Shown: piece after piece, positions 49,809 through 56,356 of the stretch | How positions within the stretch are numbered: position 1 is the first letter of the stretch | How the letters are laid out: each line of letters starts with the position of its first letter | Assembly: GCA_022616725.1 (NCBI GenBank) | Contig: JAKEEH010000463.1 | Coordinates: 1-56,356 of the forward strand | DNA from: Limisphaerales bacterium | GTDB lineage: Bacteria; Verrucomicrobiota; Verrucomicrobiia; Limisphaerales; JAKEEH01 | Direction: 5' to 3' | DNA length: 56,356 nt | Notes under the pieces: generated by a model | Databases searched by the model: none | The model's input: only the letters and a program-made list of their open reading frames with translations | Told to the model about the DNA's origin: nothing | Made by a program: the position numbers and the translations under genes

Positions 49809-50126
49809 CCCGCTTCTTTCGGGAGGTCAAAGCCTCATGAATTGTTTTGTATGAGCCGATGAATAGCTTTTGTTTTCGTCGCAACACCAATGCGCAACGG
49901 CGTGAAATCGCTTTCGAACGGCGGTCAAAACCTCTTGATTCGCGTGGCTCTCGAGACCTTCCCAGGCCGGCCCCAGCAACGCCGCATCGCAAACTGGCAC
50001 AAATTCCTGCGCCGTTTTGCCCATCGTGAACAGATCAGGCTTGGACACCGACTCCTTTGCGGAGCCATGGATAAGACTGGTCAACTTCGGCGACCCCGTC
50101 CAAAAGCCAAACGGTAAGGTATCGAG

Positions 50127-51977
50127 TCAATGATTCGAGATTCCCTGCCTTCGGGCCATTGCGGCGAAAGCACCGTTGGCCTTGAGCAGTTCGACAAAGC
50201 CTCCTTGTTCGATGATCCGCCCCTGCGATAACACGACAATCGTGTCGCAGTTGCTCAGCGTGGACAAGCGGTGGGCGACCGAAATCACCGTCCGATTCTC
50301 GGAGAGATGATCGATGGCGCGTTGCACTTCCGCCTCCGCTTGAGAGTCCAGCGATGCCGTCGCTTCATCGAGGACGAGAATCGGCGCGTTTCGAATGAAC
50401 GCCCGGGCGATCGCAATCCGTTGCCGTTGGCCGCCTGAGAGCGTCACGCCACGTTCGCCCACCGGGGTGTTGTATCCCTGCGGCAATTGCGTGATGAACT
50501 CGTGCGCATACGCGTCACGCGACGCTGTCTCGATTTCCGCCGTCGTCGCCTCCGCTTTGCCCTGGGCGATGTTTTCGGCCACCGTTGTGTCGAACAGCAC
50601 AATCTCCTGGCTGACCAGCGCGAGCAACTGCCGCAGGTCGCGAAAACTCATCTCGCGCAGGTCAATGCCATCAATGGATATCTTTCCAGAGACCGGATCA
50701 TAAAAGCGCAGCATCAGGTTCACCAGCGTGCTCTTTCCCGAACCGCTCGGCCCCGCGATGCCGACTTTCGCGCCCCGCGGAATGGCCAGGCTGAACTTTT
50801 CCAGCACCGGCCGGTCCTTCTCGTAGGCGAACGCAACGTGATCGAATCGGATTTCCCTCTTGAAAGCCTGGATGGGCTTTGGCGTCAGCGGCTCCCTCAC
50901 TGTTGGTTCCTCGCGCAGGATTTCCTCCAACCGTGTCACACTCGGGTTGGCCTGCTCGAAAAAGATGTGCACGCCCGCGAGCTTTTTGATGGACAAAAAC
51001 AACAGCATCACGGCCGTCAGGAAACCGACAAAATCGCCCACCGTCGTCTGCGTCCTGAAGATGAAGACCACCAGCACGCCCAGTCCAAACATTGAAATCA
51101 CTTCCAGGATCGGGTTCAGCAATTCCTTGGCTTGCACGCCTTTCATCCCATGCCGAACCAGTTCATGCGAGAGCTTGCGGTAACGCTCCATCTGGCTCGC
51201 TTCGAGATTGTAGGCCTTGACCACGCGGATGCTGCCGAGCAATTCCACAAGCTGGCTCGTCTGCAGCGTTTCAACCGTGCGCGTCGCCCGCGCCGCCCGC
51301 CGCGCCTTGCGTCCGAGCACCAGCAACGGCCCCAGGCACAGCGGCATGAAAATGAACGTCAGGGCCGTCAGTCTCCAATTCACCCATAGCAGCGCCACGA
51401 GCAAAGCCGCCATCCCGATCGATTCCTTCACCAGGTCAGCGCAACCTTGTTTGAGCGCGCGCTGCAATTTCGCCGTGTCCGCGTTGATGCGGGTCAGCAA
51501 ATCTCCGGTGCTGGAGCGGGTGAAGAAACCAAGAGACAACGTACTCAGCTTTTGCATGACATCGAGCCGGAGATCGTTCACAACCCGTTCGCTGACCCAG
51601 CCCATGCAATAGCTGCTGCCATAATCGGTCCCGCTGCGGATCGACACCAGCACCGCCAGGAACAGCAGCCCGCCCAGGACCATCCGCCAATCCAGCTCCA
51701 CCCCCGCCCGCGGCAGCCATGGATCGATGAGTTCTTTGGCCTTCCGCTGCAATGTCGCCGCCTGGCTATCGAAAAATCCGATCTTCTTCCTGGCAGTATC
51801 AACCTTGTCCCGCACTGTCGGTGGTTCGAAGCGCTCCATCAGTGTCTTGGTCGCCCAGACGAAGCTCGCGTTTGAGAGGCCAAACGCGATCCCGAACAAC
51901 ACTCCCGCGAGCAGCCGCGTCCAATAACGGCGGAGATAAAGCCACCCGAAGCGGAAGACCATTTTGATGTTGCTCAC
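50127..51977 (-). CDS. MsbA-like ABC exporter (fused TMD-NBD)
   Basis: TM domain, GPSGSGKST, LSGGQRQRIAIARA, LDEATASLD, AHRLST. GTG start at 51977 has TATAGT 7 nt upstream (ORF track extends to 52112). Confidence 0.9.
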   Translation of the reverse strand: MSNIKMVFRFGWLYLRRYWTRLLAGVLFGIAFGLSNASFVWATKTLMERFEPPTVRDKVDTARKKIGFFDSQAATLQRKAKELIDPWLPRAGVELDWRMVLGGLLFLAVLVSIRSGTDYGSSYCMGWVSERVVNDLRLDVMQKLSTLSLGFFTRSSTGDLLTRINADTAKLQRALKQGCADLVKESIGMAALLVALLWVNWRLTALTFIFMPLCLGPLLVLGRKARRAARATRTVETLQTSQLVELLGSIRVVKAYNLEASQMERYRKLSHELVRHGMKGVQAKELLNPILEVISMFGLGVLVVFIFRTQTTVGDFVGFLTAVMLLFLSIKKLAGVHIFFEQANPSVTRLEEILREEPTVREPLTPKPIQAFKREIRFDHVAFAYEKDRPVLEKFSLAIPRGAKVGIAGPSGSGKSTLVNLMLRFYDPVSGKISIDGIDLREMSFRDLRQLLALVSQEIVLFDTTVAENIAQGKAEATTAEIETASRDAYAHEFITQLPQGYNTPVGERGVTLSGGQRQRIAIARAFIRNAPILVLDEATASLDSQAEAEVQRAIDHLSENRTVISVAHRLSTLSNCDTIVVLSQGRIIEQGGFVELLKANGAFAAMARRQGISNH

Positions 51978-52223
51978 CGCACTGACTATAGGACGCTTGG
52001 AGAAAACGTCAGCCGGAATATTCGAAGTGGCCTTTGGAAAAAGATGTGATGCTGCCTCTGGACCTGCTTCGCGAACTTTCACACACGACTGTCCTACCAG
52101 GTATGGCTTCATGGGCGCAACGAGGCTCCAATTCTTTCACAACGTTGCGCTAGTCCTATGCGCCTTCCAAGCCCGCAACAAAATGGTTTTTGCGGAACCG
52201 GGTTCGTGGTATAGAAATGGCCG

Positions 52224-53750
52224 ATGCTTTCCAAAGTCTGTTCCGCCGCAGTCAATGGCATTGAAGCCTTTCCAGTGGAAGTCGAGGTGAACGGCGGGCA
52301 TGGTGATTTCCAGGTGGTGGTCGTCGGCCTCCCGGACGCCGCGGTCAAAGAGTCAAAGGATCGGGTGATCACCGCGCTGATGAATTCCGGGTTTAGGTTT
52401 CCCATTGGCCGGTTCACGATCAATCTCGCGCCTGCGGATGTAAAGAAGGAGGGGCCGAGCTTTGACTTGCCGATTGCGCTGGGGCTGCTGGCGGCCAACG
52501 AGCAACTCGAAACCGATCAATTGGACAATTTTATTGTCGTCGGCGAGTTGGCGCTTACCGGCGGGATCCGGCCTGTCAAGGGAGTGCTGCCGATTGCGAT
52601 TCGCGCCCGGGCCGAACGCAAGGCGGGCCTGCTCGTGCCGGTTGAGAATGCCCCTGAAGCAGCGGTCGTGGACGGCTTGCGCGTCATCCCGATCCAGAAT
52701 CTTCGACAAGCGGCGAATTTCCTCGAAGGCGAAGAGAAGATTGCCCCGGTAAAAGTGGACATCGAGCGAATCCTCGATCAGTGGCGCGACGACGACCTGG
52801 ATTTTGCAGACGTAAAGGGCCAGGAATCGGTCAAGCGCGCCCTCGAGATCGCCGCGGCCGGCGGACACAACGTGCTGCTCATCGGGCCGCCGGGCACGGG
52901 CAAATCGATGATGGCCAAACGGCTCCCAACGATCCTGCCGCCGTTGACCCTGGAAGAAGCCCTCGAAACAACCAAGGTCCACAGCATCGTGGGACTGCTG
53001 GCGCCGGGGCAGGCGCTGGTGACGCAGCGGCCATTCCGGGCGCCGCACCACACCACCAGCGACGCCGGGCTTTTGGGCGGCCAGGCGATCCCGACCCCCG
53101 GCGAGATTTCGATTGCGCACAATGGGGTATTGTTTCTTGACGAGCTGCCGGAGTTTAAGCGCAACGTGCTGGAAACGCTGCGCCAGCCGCTCGAAGAAGG
53201 GCGCGTCACGATTTCGCGGGCGGCAGGATCGATGACGTTTCCTTCGCAGTTCATGTTGGTGGCGGCGATGAACCCGAGTCCGGACGGCAAAATGCCGGGC
53301 GAATCGCGCTCCACGCCGCGCGAAATTCAGAATTATCTTGGACGCATTTCCGGACCGCTGCTCGATCGAATCGACCTCCACGTCGAAGTCCCGGCGGTAA
53401 AGTTTCGGGAGATCTCGGCGGCGAAAACCGGCGAATCCTCGGCACAGATTCGCGAGCGCGTCGTGAGCGCGCGCAAGCGCCAGCACGCCCGCTTCGCCGA
53501 CCGCAAAAGCGTCACCTGCAACGCGCGCATGGGAGGCAAAGAACTGAAGATGTTTTGCGCGCTGGAGTCCGCGACTCTCGAACTGCTCAAAAACGCGATG
53601 ACGGACATGAACCTGAGCGCGCGCGCCTACGATCGGATTCTGAAAGTAGCGCGCACGATTGCCGACCTCGCAGGCCGGGAACAGGTCAGCGCTGATGACG
53701 TCTCTGAAGCGATTCAATTCCGGTCGCTGGACCGGCAGTTGTGGGTGTGA
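52224..53750 (+). CDS. comM: YifB/ComM Mg-chelatase-like AAA+ ATPase
   Basis: VGLPDAAVKES, INLAPAD, GPPGTGKS, RPFRAPHH, FLDELPEF, SGPLLDRID, LSARAYDRILKVARTIADL. Confidence 0.95.
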   Translation: MLSKVCSAAVNGIEAFPVEVEVNGGHGDFQVVVVGLPDAAVKESKDRVITALMNSGFRFPIGRFTINLAPADVKKEGPSFDLPIALGLLAANEQLETDQLDNFIVVGELALTGGIRPVKGVLPIAIRARAERKAGLLVPVENAPEAAVVDGLRVIPIQNLRQAANFLEGEEKIAPVKVDIERILDQWRDDDLDFADVKGQESVKRALEIAAAGGHNVLLIGPPGTGKSMMAKRLPTILPPLTLEEALETTKVHSIVGLLAPGQALVTQRPFRAPHHTTSDAGLLGGQAIPTPGEISIAHNGVLFLDELPEFKRNVLETLRQPLEEGRVTISRAAGSMTFPSQFMLVAAMNPSPDGKMPGESRSTPREIQNYLGRISGPLLDRIDLHVEVPAVKFREISAAKTGESSAQIRERVVSARKRQHARFADRKSVTCNARMGGKELKMFCALESATLELLKNAMTDMNLSARAYDRILKVARTIADLAGREQVSADDVSEAIQFRSLDRQLWV

Positions 53751-53894
53751 GACTGAGTCGAGCTGAGTCACACGAACTGACTGAGAATTGAGTCAGTGTA
53801 GTAAGCCGGCGTCCGGCCGCAATGACCTGAATCATGCGGCATGCATTGGTGCCGCAGCTATGTCATAGTCCGCTTTGCTCGGCCGCTCACAACA

Positions 53895-53945
53895 ACCGCC
53901 TCTTCCTTTTCGCATTCCAACCGCCTTTTTCCTTTTCGCATTCCT
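53895..53945. repeat. Tandem ~25-bp direct repeat
   Basis: AACCGCCTCTTCCTTTTCGCATTCC followed immediately by AACCGCCTTTTTCCTTTTCGCATTCC. Confidence 0.8.
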
Positions 53946-54265
53946 GTTCATCGAAATAGTGAATGGCGGGATTAAATTTTTCGATTAACTCTCCGAGCGT
54001 CCCGGGGCTTAGGGTGGTGGCTCATGGATTCAATAATCTTTTTGTTAAAGCTCCGCTTTGCGGGGTGCCATCTCGATGAACCTTTTTCTCTCAGGGTGCC
54101 GCTTCAAGAAGCCGATCGTCGAAGCAGACCGTGCAGTTATCCCAATGTTCGTGGTTTTGCTCGCATGCGTCCTCTTGAACATGCGTTGCGCTCCATTAAT
54201 CACGTGGACTGCTGCTCCAGATTTTCACATGAACTCAAAACAAACCAGAAACACACGGAGCTGCT

Positions 54266-55252
54266 ATGAACAGAATAACCAAAATAACCGATAAACTACT
54301 AAACAGATTAAAACTGGGTGCTGCCCTCGGCCTGGCCTTTGGGGTTGTGCTCGCAGGATCGCTCGCTGCTGAGGCGAAATCCACCCCCTTTAGTCGGATA
54401 ACTGTGTTCGGCGACAGCTTGTCAGATATAGGGAATCTTCACCGGCTGACCGAGGGCTTTCCCCCACCTCCGTATGTCGAGGGACGCTTTTCGAACGGGG
54501 AGCTGTGGATCGAGTACCTGGCCGAAGATCTTGGCATGGACTTATTGCCGGAAGATAATTACGCGGTCGGCGGCGCGACGACAGGCTCGGTCAACGTGAA
54601 TGGGCCTGTCTTTGGCTTGAACCTCCCAGGTTTGCAGGATCAAATCGCGGCATTCCTTGCAGCGAGACAACCCAGCGGGGCAGATCCTGAGGCGCTCTAT
54701 GTCATCTGGGCCGGAGCAAATGACTTCTTTCTCGCGTTAGAAGGGGGGGTGGATCCCGCGACAATGATTGCGGGCGGCGTTTCGAATACCGTTCGGGCTG
54801 TGCACCTTCTCTGGAGCGCCGGCGCCGCGCACATCATGGTTGTGAATGTACCGGACCTGGGGCTGACACCGTCCGGCCTTGCCTCGGGCAGGAGCGCGGC
54901 CATTACTCAACTAGCTGCGGCTTACAACCACCTGCTCGGCACCGCTCTGCAGAACCTGGCCCATGCCGATGTCCAAACGATCTTTGTCGATGCTTTCGCG
55001 ACGCTTCAAGCGATGGTGACTTCGCCCGCAGATTTTGATTTCACAAATGTCACGACTTCGTTCCTCTCTACAGGCGGCGATCCATCTGAATTCCTGTTTT
55101 GGGACATGGTTCATCCCACCACTCGCGGTCACCAGGTGTTTGGACGTGAGGCGTTGGATCGCCTTGTTGACCACTTCTCCCCAAGTCAAGGAAAGGCGGC
55201 GCCACGACCTCAAGCCAATTCGCTCCGCGGCCTGGTGCATGCTCGACCGTAA
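54266..55252 (+). CDS. Secreted SGNH/GDSL hydrolase
   Basis: Signal peptide; FGDSLSD, GRFSNG, YAVGGA, WAGAND, FWDMVHPT. Confidence 0.92.
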   Translation: MNRITKITDKLLNRLKLGAALGLAFGVVLAGSLAAEAKSTPFSRITVFGDSLSDIGNLHRLTEGFPPPPYVEGRFSNGELWIEYLAEDLGMDLLPEDNYAVGGATTGSVNVNGPVFGLNLPGLQDQIAAFLAARQPSGADPEALYVIWAGANDFFLALEGGVDPATMIAGGVSNTVRAVHLLWSAGAAHIMVVNVPDLGLTPSGLASGRSAAITQLAAAYNHLLGTALQNLAHADVQTIFVDAFATLQAMVTSPADFDFTNVTTSFLSTGGDPSEFLFWDMVHPTTRGHQVFGREALDRLVDHFSPSQGKAAPRPQANSLRGLVHARP

Positions 55253-55461
55253 GAACGTCACTTGCAACGCGCGCATGGGCGGCAAAGAACTGAAGATGTT
55301 TGGGGGTTGGAGCCGGTAACCCTGGAGTTGCTCAAGGCGTGACGACGGACAAGACACCTAAACGCATGGGCCCTAACGATCAAGGTTCTTAAAGTGGTCA
55401 CCGCCAACGCCCTCTCCGAAACGATTCAGTTCCGCTTACTGACCGGCGGTTGTGGATGTAG
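55244..55461 (+). pseudogene. Degenerate duplicate of the comM 3' end (matches 53498-53750)
   Basis: First 58 nt are 53/58 identical (DRKNVTCNARMGGKELKMF), then frameshifts and a deletion; ends GACCGGCGGTTGTGGATGTAG vs GACCGGCAGTTGTGGGTGTGA. Confidence 0.9.
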
Positions 55462-55774
55462 GATCGGCGATGAAGAACACTTGATTATGTTGGTGTGCCG
55501 GAGGCCGAACCGGCTCCGGCACTCACAAACTGCCGTTTCGGTCTTTTCGGTTGAAGGCCGTGATGTTGCAAGGCAGTGTCGTAACGTGCTCGGGCGCTGA
55601 TGACCGCAGGTGAAACAGATAAAGGCTGGCATTTTGCAGGCGCGAGCGGTTTGCCCGGGCTGCGCGACTCTGCGAATCGCAATCGCCACGCCAACAGCAA
55701 AAGCGAATCGCCACACAGGAGAGGGATGATGCGTGTGTGAAGACTTTTTACGCCGCCCGTGAAAGTAAAGATTC

Positions 55775-55877
55775 GAAAGCGGCGGAAGACAGCCGCACTC
55801 CATGACGCTGCCGCGCGCGGTCAACGGCCTCTGAATTTCCGCCAGGTTGTGGAGTGCGGCTGTCCTCTGCCGCTTTC
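55775..55877. repeat. REP-like long inverted repeat
   Basis: 28-bp arms GAAAGCGGCGGAAGACAGCCGCACTCCA and TGGAGTGCGGCTGTCCTCTGCCGCTTTC, 2 mismatches, 47-nt spacer. Confidence 0.85.
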
Positions 55878-55915
55878 AATACCCGTCAATACCCGCTCAA
55901 TACCCCCTTCACCGC

Positions 55916-55944
55916 TTGCGTCCAGCTTCTCACGACGATACGCT
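55916..55944 (+). promoter_or_regulatory. Putative sigma70 promoter for ileS
   Basis: TTGCGT-N17-TACGCT, 17 nt before the ATG. Confidence 0.5.
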
Positions 55945-55961
55945 AACCCGTCCGTGTGAAG

Positions 55962-56356
55962 ATGGATTATAAGAACACCCTGAACCTGCCACGCACCGAC
56001 TTCCCCATGAAGGCGGAGCTCGTTGCCCGCGAGCCCCAGCGCCTGGAAAAATGGGCTGCCACGCGCCTGTACGAACGCATTCAGGCGGCGCGCGCCGGCG
56101 GTGAAAAGTTTGTCCTCCACGACGGACCGCCCTTTGCCAACGGCGACGTTCATATCGGCACCGCGCTGAACAAAATCCTGAAGGATTTTATAGTGAAGTA
56201 TCACACGCTGCGGGGCCGGCATGCTCCTTATGTTCCGGGGTGGGACTGCCATGGCCTGCCGATCGAATTCAAGGTCAGCCAGGATCTGCGCAAAGCCGGA
56301 CGGACCGAAAATGATCCAATCGCCATCCGCAAAGCGTGTGATGCGTATGCGCGCAA
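55962..56356 (+). CDS. ileS: Isoleucine--tRNA ligase (5' part, runs off the window)
   Basis: [54 protein letters not shown]. Absent from the ORF track because there is no stop in the window. Confidence 0.95.
   Translation, partial: MDYKNTLNLPRTDFPMKAELVAREPQRLEKWAATRLYERIQAARAGGEKFVLHDGPPFANGDVHIGTALNKILKDFIVKYHTLRGRHAPYVPGWDCHGLPIEFKVSQDLRKAGRTENDPIAIRKACDAYAR

Noticed and set aside
49691-50126. ANTAR dual hairpin and NtrC boxes upstream of the nrt operon
   Set aside because: AACGGC-loop motifs are on the wrong strand, the NtrC-like sites are half matches, and the plus-strand TGGCAC...TGC at about 49995 has 11-nt spacing.
53260-53330. ComM lacks the usual NPCPCG cysteine cluster (NPSPDG here), suggesting inactivation
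   Set aside because: All AAA+ motifs are intact and the ORF is full length, so this is more likely a lineage variant than a pseudogene.
2405-53771. Long antisense ORFs (e.g. 2405-3793, 22015-23250, 39454-40740, 43230-44381, 52353-53771)
   Set aside because: These are shadows of GC-rich codon usage in confidently identified genes and show no independent motifs.
55426-55632. Minus-strand MPAFICFTCGHQ resembling a metallo-hydrolase N-terminus
   Set aside because: Similarity is limited to about 12 codons and the frame runs into the comM relic.
55878-55961. T-box riboswitch before ileS
   Set aside because: The predicted leader is only about 10 nt and no T-box motif is present.

Overview
GC-rich bacterial chromosomal segment. 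Gene content and heptamer/REP-like intergenic repeats suggest Verrucomicrobiota (inference). It is mostly core and metabolic genes: a Tat molybdo-oxidoreductase, rnr, uup, GMC and SDR oxidoreductases, gpsA-plsY, aroE, pilD, ppk2, rpoN, a degP-gldAFG-DUF4340-AsmA envelope operon, a sugar ABC/catabolic operon with two tandem binding proteins, a nitrate-type ABC operon, an MsbA-like exporter, comM, a GDSL hydrolase and the 5' part of ileS. The most unusual observations are: (1) a four-gene cassette at 4.9-9.4 kb made of an XRE regulator, a multi-Zn-finger amino-DNA methyltransferase, a PD-(D/E)XK nuclease and an RNase HI fused to a Zn ribbon; (2) two integrase-free single-gene insertions (rnr and the GDSL gene), each bracketed by a diverged duplicate of the upstream gene's 3' end; (3) a small NrtS-like gene and an orphan NasS-like gene inside the nitrate ABC operon; (4) a modular, repeat-built non-coding first kilobase; (5) many genes whose -10 box lies 5-7 nt before the start codon, suggesting leaderless mRNAs. 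I saw no rRNA, tRNA, CRISPR array, transposase, integrase or reverse transcriptase. All family calls come from motif recognition by eye, not database searches.
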